DNA of 64,000 bases, from contig DASTWK010000067.1 in assembly GCA_035776655.1 (NCBI GenBank), positions 28,768 to 92,767 on the forward strand, read 5' to 3'. The notes beneath the pieces were generated by a model. It worked only from the letters and a program-made list of their open reading frames with translations, made no database searches and was not told where the DNA came from. Source of the DNA: Mycobacteriales bacterium. GTDB taxonomy: Bacteria > Actinomycetota > Actinomycetes > JAFAQI01. Within the stretch, counting starts at the first letter, position 1. The number at the start of each line of letters is the position of its first letter. Both the position numbers and the translations under genes were made by a program. Positions 37,477 through 47,938 of the stretch are shown piece by piece.

Positions 37477-39050
37477 CGGGCGGCCACGGTGGCCGGCACC
37501 CGGCTCCGCCCGAACGGCACCGGCCGGTCCGCGGCGCCGTCCAGCACACCACCCGCCGGATCGTCGACGCCGTCGACGCGCACCACGTCGTGCCTCGAGC
37601 GAAGGACGTCGCGGACGACCAGCCCCATCAGCACGACAAGCGCGACGTCACGGAGCCACACGGCACCGAAGAACCAGGCGATCGGCAACCCCTCGGCGCC
37701 ACGGCCGGCCGTCGATGCGTCGTTGCCGACGAAGAAGTAGAACCGCGCGAACAACAGCAGCACTTCGGCCGCCTGCCAGGCCAGGAACGCTCGCCAGCGC
37801 GGCCGCGCCAACACCGCCAACGGCACCAGCCACAACACGTACTGCGGCGAGTAGACCTTGTTCACCAGCAGGAAGCCGGCCACGAGCAGGAACGCGACCT
37901 GCGGCAACCGCGGGCGACGACGGGCGACGACGACGAGCAGCCCGACGCCGATGACGACGCACACCGTCGCCACGGCGACACCGAGGTTGAGCCACTGCGG
38001 CGCCTGCCCGCACGCGGTCTGGTCGAGCGGTTGGCCGCGGGCGTGCTGCAACTGGAACCACAGCGAGTCCCAGTCCGCGCCGCGGGTGCTGTTGAGCGCC
38101 CAGAACCACCGCCACCCGGGCAGGTAGTGGGCGGTCGGGCAGCCGGTGAACGGAAAGAGGAAGGAGGTACGCCGCAGCGCCGCCGGAGTTTCGGCCGACA
38201 GCACGATCGCGGGCACGTAGGCGAGCACGAAGGTTCCGGCCGCGACGGCCACGCACCAGGCCCAGTCGCGCAAGCGTTTGGCCCGCCAGCACAGGAACAG
38301 CAGCGCCACCAGCAGCAGCGCCGGGTAGAGCTTCGTCGCCGTTCCCAACCCGATGAGGAGGCCGGCGACGATGGGCGCCCGGCGGCGGGGCCAGGGGCGA
38401 CTCCACGCCCACATGGCGGCGGTTGCCAGGGCTACGGCGGCGAGGTCCCAGTTGGTGTAGGCGTGGAACAGCAGCGTCGGCGCGAGTGCCATCATCGCGG
38501 CGTCCCACACCCGTCGGCGCCCGGCGATGCGCGCGACGCTCCACGTGGTCCACAGGGCGAACAAGGCGAGCATCAGGGCGGTGACGTCGAAGAACGTGCG
38601 GGCGCGGAAGTCGACGACGCCGGCGGCGGTGGCCTTCGGTTGGTCCGGATGCGCCAGGTTGGTCAGCTCCGCCGCCGCCCACATGAGGCCGCCGATGACC
38701 GGCGGGTACTCCACCGGCTGGTCGCGATACGGCACGGAGATGCGGCTGTTCCCGTTGCCGCCGAGGTGCTCCGCGAAGTAGAGCGCGAAGACATCGGTGT
38801 AACAAACCCGGGTGTATTGGTACTCGTCGCCCCAGGAGTGGGTTCGGCACGGCTCCTTCTGCAGGTAGCCCAGCACCGACGTCAGCACGGTGAGGACGAG
38901 GACCGCTCGCAGCGGTGTCCACCACCAGGCCGACCGCCCGGTCGCGTGCCGCCCCCACGCGCCGCCGAGCAGACGGGCTCCGCCGGAGACGATCGGATCG
39001 TCCTGCGAAGGTGGGTGGACCGGTCCGCGCTCTACCGGCGTCTGTTGCAC
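37473..39050 (-). CDS. Integral-membrane glycosyltransferase of the family-87 / DUF2029 type (Rv0051-like)
   Basis: There are about 11 transmembrane helices. It sits directly downstream of ponA1, as in mycobacteria. Confidence 0.8.
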   Translation of the reverse strand: MQQTPVERGPVHPPSQDDPIVSGGARLLGGAWGRHATGRSAWWWTPLRAVLVLTVLTSVLGYLQKEPCRTHSWGDEYQYTRVCYTDVFALYFAEHLGGNGNSRISVPYRDQPVEYPPVIGGLMWAAAELTNLAHPDQPKATAAGVVDFRARTFFDVTALMLALFALWTTWSVARIAGRRRVWDAAMMALAPTLLFHAYTNWDLAAVALATAAMWAWSRPWPRRRAPIVAGLLIGLGTATKLYPALLLVALLFLCWRAKRLRDWAWCVAVAAGTFVLAYVPAIVLSAETPAALRRTSFLFPFTGCPTAHYLPGWRWFWALNSTRGADWDSLWFQLQHARGQPLDQTACGQAPQWLNLGVAVATVCVVIGVGLLVVVARRRPRLPQVAFLLVAGFLLVNKVYSPQYVLWLVPLAVLARPRWRAFLAWQAAEVLLLFARFYFFVGNDASTAGRGAEGLPIAWFFGAVWLRDVALVVLMGLVVRDVLRSRHDVVRVDGVDDPAGGVLDGAADRPVPFGRSRVPATVAAR

Positions 39051-39071
39051 CCGCGCATTATCGACCGGTCG

Positions 39072-41237
39072 CTACGGCGATGCAGGTGTTCGCTGTGGTG
39101 CGGCGGCGGTCGCCGTCGCGCTCGGTGTGGGGGACGGCGACGGGGACGGGGACCGGCTCGGCAGGATCGTCGTGCGGGTCGGAGTCGGCGCGGACGTCGG
39201 CGAGGACGTCTGCGTCGGCTGGTTCGTCGGCGTCTCGCTTTGCTGCGGTTCGCCGGTCGACGACGACGGCTCGGGCGATGCGGAGGACGCCACCTTTCCG
39301 ACGTGCGCCGGCGCCGGGAACGTCTTGACCGGTTGGCCCTGCAGCGCGGCGTTCATCATCTGCTGCCACGTCGCTGCGGGCAGCATTCCGCCGTACAGCG
39401 GAGCGCCGTTGCTCGTCACCGGCTTGTTCCGGTCCGCGTTGCCATACCAGACCGCCGTCGACAGCTGAGGGGTGAAGCCGATGAACCAGGCGTCCCTGTT
39501 GCCCTTGGTCTCGCCGTTCGTGCCGGTCTTGCCCGCGGCCGGTCGTCCGGTCAGCGCGTGCCCGCAGGCGGTGCCGCCCATGCCGCAGTCGAACACCTTG
39601 GTCATCGCATAGGTCGTGTCCGACATCACGTCGGGGTCGAAGACCCGCTCGGTCTTCTTCTTGGCCGTGTAGACGACCTGGTTCTTGCGGGTCTCCACCT
39701 TCGCGACGAGGTAGGGCTGCGCCCGCACGCCCTGTGCCGCGATGGTGGCGTAGGCGTCGGCCTGGTCGAGCGGCGAGACGTCGTCGACACCGAGGGTGAT
39801 GACCGGCACCTCGGAGAGGTGGACCGACTTGGGGATGCCGGCGTCGTACGCCGCCTGCGCCACCTTCGCCGGGCCGACCTGCTGCGCGAGCGGGACGAAG
39901 ATCGTGTTGATCGACTTCGCCAACGCCTCGAGCAACGTGCAGGTGCCGCAGCTCTCCTGCTCGGAGTTGCTGATGCCCTGACCGTTGGTGCCCGGGAACG
40001 GGATGTGCGGCGGCCCGTGGAACGTCGTGTCGAGGCTGATGCCCTCCTTCAACGCGGCGATGAGCGTGTAGGGCTTGAACGACGACCCGGCGGGCCGGGC
40101 GAAGCTGCTGGAGACGCCGGTGAGGTCGGTGCAGGAGTCCGGGTGCTTGTGGCTGGGGCAGAACTTCTCTCCGCCGTACATGGCACGGATGGCGCCGTCA
40201 CCCGGCTGCACGCTGACCAGGGCGGCTTCGCGCCCCTTGTCCGGGCCGCTGCGTTGGTAGCCACCGTTGTTCGCCTTCATCGCGGCGACAGCAGCGGCCT
40301 GCGCGTTCTTGTCGATCGTCGTGATGACCTTGTAACCACCGGTCGACAGCCGGGCGTCGTCGAAGCCCTGCCGGGCGAGCTCGACCCGCACCGCCTGACA
40401 GATGAACGCGACCGGCCCGACACAGCCGGACCCGCGGGCTCGCGGCGGCTTCTTCACGTTGGGGTACTGCATGTCGTGCAGTGCGCTCGCGGGCAGCCAG
40501 TGTTGCTGCACCATGCCGTTGATGACGTAGCGCCAGCGCGCCTTGGCCGCGGACGGGTCGACGGCCGGGTCGTAGACCGATGGCTGGCTGATCGTCGCCG
40601 CCAGCACCGCCCCCTGCGCCGCGTTGAGCTTCGAGACGTCCGTGCGGAAGTAGGCGTGCGCCGCCGCCTGGATGCCGTAGGCACCGCGGCCGAAGTAAAT
40701 GGTGTTGAGGTAGTCCTTGAGGATCTCGCGCTTGGACCTGGTGTTCGCCAGCTTCACCGCGATGAAGATCTCTTTGAACTTTCGGGTGAAGGTGCGCGCG
40801 GAGTTGAGGTAGGCGTTCTTCACGTACTGCTGGGTGATCGTCGAACCGCCCTGGGCGATCTCGCCGCCGCGCAGGTCGGTCCACAGCGCCCGCAGGATGC
40901 CGGTCGGGGAGATGCCGGGCTCGCTGTAGTACTGCCGGTCCTCGGCCGCGAGCACGGCGTGCTGCACGCTGACCGGCACCTTCGACAGCGGCACGTCGAC
41001 CCGCGTGGTGCTGCCCAGCCGGGCCAGCGGGGTCTTCCCGTCGCTGTAGTAGAGCGTCGTCGCCTGTGCGGTGGAGAACGTGCTGGCATTCGGGATGGGG
41101 GTGGTCGCGTAACCGATGCCGACCAGGATCACGGCGGCGATGAACGCCCCCAACAGACCCCACAGCATCTGCCGGCGACGTGGCAGGACCCGACGCCACC
41201 CGCTCGGAGCCACGGCAGCGCCCGAGGAGCGGCTCAT
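39072..41237 (-). CDS. ponA1: Class A penicillin-binding protein (bifunctional transglycosylase/transpeptidase) with a disordered Pro/Thr/Ser-rich C-terminal tail
   Basis: The GT51 motifs are present (EDRQYYSEPG, GGSTITQQ). The transpeptidase motifs are SSFKP, SNS and KTGT. An N-terminal transmembrane anchor is also present. Confidence 0.95.
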   Translation of the reverse strand: MSRSSGAAVAPSGWRRVLPRRRQMLWGLLGAFIAAVILVGIGYATTPIPNASTFSTAQATTLYYSDGKTPLARLGSTTRVDVPLSKVPVSVQHAVLAAEDRQYYSEPGISPTGILRALWTDLRGGEIAQGGSTITQQYVKNAYLNSARTFTRKFKEIFIAVKLANTRSKREILKDYLNTIYFGRGAYGIQAAAHAYFRTDVSKLNAAQGAVLAATISQPSVYDPAVDPSAAKARWRYVINGMVQQHWLPASALHDMQYPNVKKPPRARGSGCVGPVAFICQAVRVELARQGFDDARLSTGGYKVITTIDKNAQAAAVAAMKANNGGYQRSGPDKGREAALVSVQPGDGAIRAMYGGEKFCPSHKHPDSCTDLTGVSSSFARPAGSSFKPYTLIAALKEGISLDTTFHGPPHIPFPGTNGQGISNSEQESCGTCTLLEALAKSINTIFVPLAQQVGPAKVAQAAYDAGIPKSVHLSEVPVITLGVDDVSPLDQADAYATIAAQGVRAQPYLVAKVETRKNQVVYTAKKKTERVFDPDVMSDTTYAMTKVFDCGMGGTACGHALTGRPAAGKTGTNGETKGNRDAWFIGFTPQLSTAVWYGNADRNKPVTSNGAPLYGGMLPAATWQQMMNAALQGQPVKTFPAPAHVGKVASSASPEPSSSTGEPQQSETPTNQPTQTSSPTSAPTPTRTTILPSRSPSPSPSPTPSATATAAAPQRTPASP

Positions 41238-41318
41238 GCCGGCGATGTCCCCCGGCCGGTGATGACGGCAAACCCGACGTACGCCTCGACTGTGATCGAC
41301 ACGAGCAGATGATGCCGG

Positions 41319-41783
41319 TCAGGACCGGGCGCGCCGGCCGCTGGGTAGGCCGGTGCCGAGGACGTACGCCGCGAGCAGGTGGTTCCAGCGGCACTCGGCG
41401 CAGACCTCGACGAGATAGACGGTGAACTCCGGGTGCTCGCCGGCCAGCCCCGCCAGCTCGCGCGGCGCCCGGGCCCGGCCGTTGACGTCGGCGCGGAAGC
41501 AGTCGCCGTAGGTGTAGGAGACGTTGGCCAGGCCAGGCCGTTTGCAGATGGGGCACGGCTCGTCGGTCTGCTCGCCGTGGTAGCGCGCCGCCCGCAGGAG
41601 GTAGGGCTGCGCGTCGCAGACGTCGGTGAGCGACACCCGCCCGCTGGTCACGTTCGCCAGCGTCGAGCGCCGGACCAACGCGTAGTCGATGACGCTGCGC
41701 GCCTGGGCCTCCACCTCACGGCGCGCTCGGGCGACCGCTGCCGCGGCCGGTCGCGGCGACGGGTGCGCCGGGCGCATCGCCAT
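41319..41783 (-). CDS. DUF5318-like conserved hypothetical protein (Rv0049 neighbourhood equivalent) with a CxxC...CxxC zinc-ribbon-like motif
   Basis: It is divergent from the PadR gene. The cysteine motifs are CPICKRPG...CAECRWNH. Confidence 0.75.
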   Translation of the reverse strand: MAMRPAHPSPRPAAAAVARARREVEAQARSVIDYALVRRSTLANVTSGRVSLTDVCDAQPYLLRAARYHGEQTDEPCPICKRPGLANVSYTYGDCFRADVNGRARAPRELAGLAGEHPEFTVYLVEVCAECRWNHLLAAYVLGTGLPSGRRARS

Positions 41784-41873
41784 GGCGGTCAGCGTACGCC
41801 GGGCCGCCCGCCGGCAGGGGAACGCGCGGCAGTGCGCAAGTTGCCAAATTCGGAACCGGCAGCTAAGGTCTGC

Positions 41874-41894
41874 GATGTATCGAGTTGATACATC
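41874..41894. promoter_or_regulatory. Perfect palindrome GATGTATC-gagtt-GATACATC about 50 bp upstream of the PadR gene, a candidate PadR autoregulatory operator
   Basis: It has 8-bp perfect arms and the ATGT/ACAT core typical of PadR-family sites. Confidence 0.5.
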
Positions 41895-41942
41895 CGGCCG
41901 TAAGCCTCGGTCGGTCCCGCGTCGAGAGGCGGACCCGCAGCG

Positions 41943-42515
41943 ATGAGCCGGCGGTCAGGCGTGCTGGAGCTCGCCGTCCTCGGGCTGCTGCACGAGTCTC
42001 CGCTGCACGGCTACGAGCTGCGCAAGCGCGTCAACGCCTTGCTCGGCCCGTTGCGCGCGATCTCCTACGGCTCGCTCTACCCGTGCCTCAAGGACATGCT
42101 CGGCGCGGGCCTGATCGCCGCCGACGAGGAGGCCAGCGAGGCCGGCGCCGGCCGGCGCAGCCGCATCGTCTACAAGCTGACCGCCGAGGGCAAGGAACGG
42201 CTGCAGGAGCAGCTCGCCGAAGGCGGTCCGTCGGCCTGGGACGACGAGAGCTTCGGCGTCCGCTTCGCGTTCTTCGCCCAGACCGACGCAGATGTTCGGT
42301 TGAAGATCCTCGAAGGTCGCCGCAGCCGGCTGGAGGAACGCCGGGAGAAGGTCACCAGCGCCTTGTCGCGCACCCGGGAGAAGCTCGACCGCTACACCCT
42401 CGAGCTGCAACAGCACGGCCTGGAGTCGGTGGACCGGGAGGTCCGTTGGCTCAACGAGCTGATCGCCACTGAGCGCGGCAGTGTCGGCGTACGTCCCCGC
42501 AGCACACAGTCCTGA
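41943..42515 (+). CDS. PadR family transcriptional regulator
   Basis: An N-terminal winged helix (LELAVLGLLHESPLHGYELRKRV...) is followed by a C-terminal coiled-coil dimerisation region. Confidence 0.92.
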   Translation: MSRRSGVLELAVLGLLHESPLHGYELRKRVNALLGPLRAISYGSLYPCLKDMLGAGLIAADEEASEAGAGRRSRIVYKLTAEGKERLQEQLAEGGPSAWDDESFGVRFAFFAQTDADVRLKILEGRRSRLEERREKVTSALSRTREKLDRYTLELQQHGLESVDREVRWLNELIATERGSVGVRPRSTQS

Positions 42516-42566
42516 GCACCACCACCACCAGCACCAGCACCACCGAGCAATAGGGAGAACACCGGG

Positions 42567-43649
42567 ATGGGTTCGGTTCGAGTAGCCATCGTCGGCGTCG
42601 GCAACTGTGCGGCGTCGCTCGTCCAAGGCGTCGAGTACTACAAGGACGCCGACCCGTCGGCGCGCGTCCCGGGGCTGATGCACGTGCAGCTGGGCGACTA
42701 CCACGTGCGCGACATCGAGTTCGTCGCCGCGTTCGACGTCGACGGCAAGAAGGTCGGTCGTGACCTCGCCGAGGCGATCGGTGCCAGCGAGAACAACACG
42801 ATCAAGATCGCCGAGGTGCCACCGACCGGCATCATCGTCCAGCGGGGACACACTCTCGACGGGCTCGGCAAGTACTACCGCCAGACCATCGAGGAGTCCG
42901 ACGAGACCCCGGTCGACGTCGTGCAGGCGCTGAAGGAGTCCCGCGCCGACGTGCTGGTCTGCTACCTGCCGGTGGGCTCGGAGGACGCTGCCAAGTTCTA
43001 CGCACAGTGCGCCCTCGACGCCGGCGTCGGCTTCGTCAACTGCCTGCCCGTGTTCATCGCCGGCACCAAGGAGTGGGCGGACAAGTTCACCGCCGCTGGC
43101 GTGCCGATCGTCGGTGACGACATCAAGAGCCAGGTCGGCGCGACGATCACCCACCGGGTGCTGGCCAAGCTGTTCGAGGACCGCGGCGTGATCCTCGACC
43201 GCACCTACCAGCTGAACGTCGGCGGCAACATGGACTTCATGAACATGCTCGAGCGTGAGCGCCTCGAGTCCAAGAAGATCTCCAAGACCCAGGCCGTGAC
43301 GTCCAACCTCGAGACCGGGCCGCTCGCCGGCAAGGTCCAGGACCGCAACGTGCACATCGGGCCGTCCGACTACGTCGCCTTGCTCGACGACCGCAAGTGG
43401 GCCTACGTCCGCCTCGAGGGTCGCGCGTTCGGCGACGTGCCGCTCAACCTGGAGTACAAGCTCGAGGTCTGGGACTCACCGAACTCCGCCGGCGTCGTCA
43501 TCGACGCCCTGCGTTGCTGCAAGATCGCGATGGACCGCGGTCTCGGTGGGCCGATCCTGCCCGCCTCGGCGTACTTCATGAAGTCGCCTCCGGTCCAGAT
43601 CGAGGACACCCGGGCGCGCCAGCAGCTGGAGTCGTTCATCGCCGGCTGA
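42567..43649 (+). CDS. ino1: Inositol-3-phosphate synthase
   Basis: Full-length match to the myo-inositol-1-phosphate synthase family ([13 protein letters not shown]...NGSPQNT-like core). Confidence 0.97.
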   Translation: MGSVRVAIVGVGNCAASLVQGVEYYKDADPSARVPGLMHVQLGDYHVRDIEFVAAFDVDGKKVGRDLAEAIGASENNTIKIAEVPPTGIIVQRGHTLDGLGKYYRQTIEESDETPVDVVQALKESRADVLVCYLPVGSEDAAKFYAQCALDAGVGFVNCLPVFIAGTKEWADKFTAAGVPIVGDDIKSQVGATITHRVLAKLFEDRGVILDRTYQLNVGGNMDFMNMLERERLESKKISKTQAVTSNLETGPLAGKVQDRNVHIGPSDYVALLDDRKWAYVRLEGRAFGDVPLNLEYKLEVWDSPNSAGVVIDALRCCKIAMDRGLGGPILPASAYFMKSPPVQIEDTRARQQLESFIAG

Positions 43650-43715
43650 GGCCGCGCTCGCCGCTCCCCCTCAGGCGACACCGTCCGCCCCGCCGCACCG
43701 ACCTAGATTGGTCGC

Positions 43716-45029
43716 GTGCGGCGGGGCGACGGCGTTCGGGAGCTGTTCGCCCGTACCTGGTTTCCACGGTTGCTGACCACCCGGTTGGTCGCGCAGTGCG
43801 CCGACGGCATCTTCCAGACCAGCCTGGCCAGCGCTGTGTTCTTCAACCCCGATCACCAGACCGATCCGCACCAGGCGGCCGCCGGGTTCGTCGTCCTGCT
43901 GCTGCCCTACAGCCTGGTCAGCCCGTTCGCCGGCGTCTTCCTCGACCGGTGGCGGCGGCGGCAGGTGCTGGTCCGGGCCAACCTCGTGCGGACGGGGTTC
44001 ATCCTCACCACGGCCGGCCTGCTCCTGACCACCGGCGCCCGCGGGCTGCCGTTCTACGTCGCGGCGCTGGCCGCGCTCTCGATGAGCCGGCTGTGCCTGT
44101 CGGCACTCTCGGCGGCGCTGCCGCACGTGGTGGGCCCGGAACAGCTCATCCACGCCAACTCCGTCACCACCACCGCCGGCACGTTCATCGCGATCGTCGG
44201 TGGTGGCATCGGTCTCGGCGTCCGTCAGCTGGCGGGCGCCGGCGATGCCGGCAGCGCCGCGATCGCGATGCTGGCCAGTGTCGTCTACCTGGCCGCGGCC
44301 GCGGTCGCCGCGACCATGCCGATGGAGCTCCTCGGGCCAGGCCGGGTGGAGCGGCAGCCACTGCACCGGCAGCTGTCGACCGTGGCGCGCGGCCTCGCGG
44401 CCGGCGCGCGGCACGTGATCGCGCGGCCCCGGGCAGCGCGCGCGTTGGCGGTCATGGGCACCACCCGTCTGCTGTTCGGTCTGTCGACGATCGCGACCCT
44501 GCTGCTGTACCGGAACTACTTCCACGACGAGGGCGCCCTGCGCGCCGGGCTCGTCGGCCTGGGTCAGGCGTTCGCGGCCGCCGCGGTCGGTTATGTCGCG
44601 GCGGCGGTGCTGACACCGGTGGTGGCTGCCCGGTTGGGCAAGCAGCGGTGGATCGTGGTGCTGCTGAGCATCGCGAGCACCACCCAGCTCGCAACGGGGC
44701 TGCCGTTCGCGATGGCTCCGCTGCTCGTCGGCGCGGCCTTGCTCGGGTTCACGATCCAGGGCACGAAGATCTGCGTGGACACTGTCGTCCAGGAAGAGGT
44801 GGAGGACGCGTTCCGCGGCCGGGTGTTCTCGCTGTACGACGCCCTGTTCAACCTGACGTTCGTGGCCGCGGCAGCGGTGGCCGCCTTCGCGCTGCCGACC
44901 ACCGGCAAGTCCTACCCGGTGCTGTTCGCCGTGGTCGCCGGGTATGCGCTGGCGGCGATCGGTTACGGCGCGAGCGAACGGTCGCCGCGGCCGGAGGTCA
45001 CGGCAGCGGCCGCAGCGACGGCAGCGTGA
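43716..45029 (+). CDS. MFS transporter
   Basis: About 12 transmembrane helices are present. Its 3' end overlaps the convergent lipoprotein gene by about 30 bp. Confidence 0.88.
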   Translation: MRRGDGVRELFARTWFPRLLTTRLVAQCADGIFQTSLASAVFFNPDHQTDPHQAAAGFVVLLLPYSLVSPFAGVFLDRWRRRQVLVRANLVRTGFILTTAGLLLTTGARGLPFYVAALAALSMSRLCLSALSAALPHVVGPEQLIHANSVTTTAGTFIAIVGGGIGLGVRQLAGAGDAGSAAIAMLASVVYLAAAAVAATMPMELLGPGRVERQPLHRQLSTVARGLAAGARHVIARPRAARALAVMGTTRLLFGLSTIATLLLYRNYFHDEGALRAGLVGLGQAFAAAAVGYVAAAVLTPVVAARLGKQRWIVVLLSIASTTQLATGLPFAMAPLLVGAALLGFTIQGTKICVDTVVQEEVEDAFRGRVFSLYDALFNLTFVAAAAVAAFALPTTGKSYPVLFAVVAGYALAAIGYGASERSPRPEVTAAAAATAA

Positions 45030-46275
45030 TCACCGGTGTCGAGGCCGAGCCTCCGCTCGGCGTCGGTGTCGGTGTCGGTGTCGGCACCAACGACAACACG
45101 GTGTCGATCGCGCTGCCCACCACGCCACCACTGCCGCCGCTCGGGCTGGGGCTCGGTGTGGGTGTTGCGCCGCCGCCTCCGCCGCCGCCCGAGCCGGACC
45201 CGGAACCACCACTGCCGCCACCGTTGCCGCCGCCGCTGCCACCAGCCGGGCCCGTCCCAGTGCCGGCGCCGGTCGCACCGGCCGGACCGCCGGTGGCGCT
45301 GGCGAGCACCGCACCGACGCTGCCGATCCGGCCCGGTGGCTGGTGTCGTTCGAAATCGGCGAGGGTGGTGACGACCGCACCGGCGCCGACGCCGACCAGG
45401 TGAGCGACCACGCCCCAGGAGCCTCCCGCGGCGCGATAGCCCACCGCCGCGTCGTACCGCTGCACGACCCCCGACCGAGGACCCGCGGCCGCGATCACCG
45501 CCGGCAGCACCCGCTCGCTGCGGTCGAGACCCGGCGGCGCGTTCAACGGCCGCTGCATCGCGGCCGTGACGACCCGCGTCGTCGACCGGCCGGTCTCGTC
45601 GATGCCGAGTGCCAGCGACACCAGCGTGCGGTCGTCGCGCACCAGCTGCGGGACGGCGTGTGCCTCACCGTCGTCGTCGGTCAGTCGCAACGGCGTGGTG
45701 AGGTCCGGCAGCGCGTCACCGCCGACGACGGTCTGGTGCAGCGCGGGGATCGTCAGCCGCCGGCCGGTGCTGCTGGTGACCTCGGTCGCGCCGGCCAGAG
45801 CGCCGATGCGGACCGTCACCGAGCGCTCGGCGCGGGTGGCGACACCGGCCGGTGTGTGCACGGCCAAGCCGCCGACCGTCAGCTGCAGGCCGGGGCCGTG
45901 TTGAGCATCGACGACGACCGCGCCGGCACGCAACGACTGCTCGGCGCCGTTGACGACCTCGACGGCGGCGGCGGACCCGACGTAGACGGTCCGAGACTCG
46001 GTGACCAGCTCGGCCCGGCCGGTGCCCCCCGCGGTCCGTACGACGTCGCCGCCGTGCAGCGTCAGTCCGTCGACGCCCCGCACGGTGGTGCCGTTCGGCC
46101 GCACCACGGTGACACCCACCGGCTCGTGCAGCTGGGTGGCTCGCGCCGACACCGGCGAGCTGCACCCGGCAGTGAGCGAGCCGACGACGAGCACGACGGA
46201 TGCTGCGACCGCGGCGGACCAACCGGCCCGGCAGCCGACATGCGTCGTTTGCCCCATGTGCTGATGATCCGGCAT
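44998..46275 (-). CDS. Putative lipoprotein with a beta-rich (FecR-like?) central region and a Gly/Ser-rich plus (Thr-Pro)n C-terminal tail
   Basis: The lipobox is LVVGSLTAGC. The linker is encoded by a (GGTGTC)4 hexamer microsatellite at 45061-45088. Confidence 0.55.
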   Translation of the reverse strand: MPDHQHMGQTTHVGCRAGWSAAVAASVVLVVGSLTAGCSSPVSARATQLHEPVGVTVVRPNGTTVRGVDGLTLHGGDVVRTAGGTGRAELVTESRTVYVGSAAAVEVVNGAEQSLRAGAVVVDAQHGPGLQLTVGGLAVHTPAGVATRAERSVTVRIGALAGATEVTSSTGRRLTIPALHQTVVGGDALPDLTTPLRLTDDDGEAHAVPQLVRDDRTLVSLALGIDETGRSTTRVVTAAMQRPLNAPPGLDRSERVLPAVIAAAGPRSGVVQRYDAAVGYRAAGGSWGVVAHLVGVGAGAVVTTLADFERHQPPGRIGSVGAVLASATGGPAGATGAGTGTGPAGGSGGGNGGGSGGSGSGSGGGGGGGATPTPSPSPSGGSGGVVGSAIDTVLSLVPTPTPTPTPSGGSASTPVITLPSLRPLP

Positions 46276-46342
46276 GGCTCGCCCCGAGCTCCATGGCCCG
46301 ATGTGACTAATCAGCGCGTAGTGACCGGCCGGCGGCCGGCGG

Positions 46343-47796
46343 CTACTCGGCGGAGTCGCGGCCCGGCTCGAGCCCCTGCTCCCGAGCCCATCGGTGCAGC
46401 TCGGCGACCGCGTCGTCGTGGGGCAGTGGCCCACGCTCCAGCCGGAGGTCGAGCAGGTGCCGGTAGGCGCGGCCGACCACTGGCCCCGGACGGATCCCCA
46501 GCTCGGCCATGATCGTGTTGCCGTCGAGGTCTGGCCGGATGCGCGCCAGGTCCTCTTCCTCTTCGAGCTCCGCGATCCGCCGTTCGAGCGAGTCGTAGGC
46601 GCGGGCCAGAGCGCGCGCCTTGGCCGGATTGCGGGTGGTGCAGTCCGACCGGGTCAGCTTGTGCAACCGAGCGAGGAGCGGCCCCGCGTCCCGCACGTAA
46701 CGACGAACGGCAGCGTCGGTCCACTCGCCGTCGGCGTAGCCATGGAACCGCAGGTGCAGCTCGACCAGCGTGCTGACGTCGTCGACGACGTCCTTCGGAT
46801 AGCGCAGCGCGATCAACCGCTGCCGCGTCATCGCGGCGCCGACGACCTCGTGGTGGTGGAAGGAGACCTTCCCGCGCGGCCCGATGGACTTCGTCTTGGG
46901 CTTGCCGATGTCGTGCAACAGCGCTGCCAGCCGAAGGATCAGGTCCGGTCCGTCGTCCTCGAGCGCGATCGCCTGGTCGAGCACGGTCAGCGTGTGCGCG
47001 TAGACGTCCTTGTGCCGGTGGTGCTCGTCGACCGTCTCCTTGAGCCGGGCCAGCTCCGGCAGGCACTGCTCGGCGAGTCCGGTGACCACGAGCAGCTCCA
47101 GCCCGAGCCGAGGGTGCGCGCCCAGCACGAGCTTGCTGAGCTCGTCGCGGATCCGTTCGGCGCTGACGATGCCCAGCCGTGGCGCCATCTCGGTGATCGC
47201 CGACAGTGCCGCGGAGTCCACCGAGAAGCCGACCTGCGCCGCGAACCGAGCGGCGCGCAGCATCCGCAACGGGTCGTCGTCGAACGACTGCTCCGGCCGC
47301 ACCGGGGTCCGCAGGACTTCACGGGCCAGGTCGTCCAGGCCGCCGAACGGGTCCACGACCGGGTGGGCGGCCTGCAACGGCAGCCGGATCGCCATGGCGT
47401 TGACGGTGAAGTCTCGGCGGGAGAGGTCGGCCTCGATCGAGTCGCCGAAGCTGACCTCCGGCTTGCGGCTGTCCGGGTCGTAGGTGTCGCTGCGATAGGT
47501 CGTGATCTCGCAGCGATGGCTCGCGCCGTCATGGCCGAGCTGCACGCCGACGGTGCCGAACGTGATGCCGGTGGTCCAGGTCGGGCCGAGGGGGGCGACC
47601 AGGGCGAGGATCTGCTCCGGGCGGGCATCCGTGGCGAAGTCGAGGTCGTCGTGCAACCGCCCCAACAGCGCGTCCCGCACCGGGCCGCCCACGAGGTAGA
47701 GCTCGTGCCCGGCGCGCCCGAATCGCTCCGCCAGCCGCTCGGTGACCGGAGCGACCCGCAGGAGCTCGCGCACCGCGAGCCGGGCGGCGTCCGGCA
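46343..47796 (-). CDS. cca: CCA tRNA nucleotidyltransferase (class II polymerase-beta superfamily, HD domain C-terminus)
   Basis: The head domain is present (GHELYLVGGPVRDALLGR...DLDFAT), and an HD motif lies downstream (LLHDIGK). The GTG start is tentative. Confidence 0.9.
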
Positions 47797-47938
47797 CCCG
47801 ACGGGGGGTGCGGCCGGAGACAGCACGGGAAGCGGGCACGGGGTTACAGACTACGAGCCCGGCGACCACTAGCCGCAGCGGCTGCGGCGACCTAGGCTCC
47901 GCTGCACAGCCGTGCCCCACGCCCCCGGGAGGCAGCGG

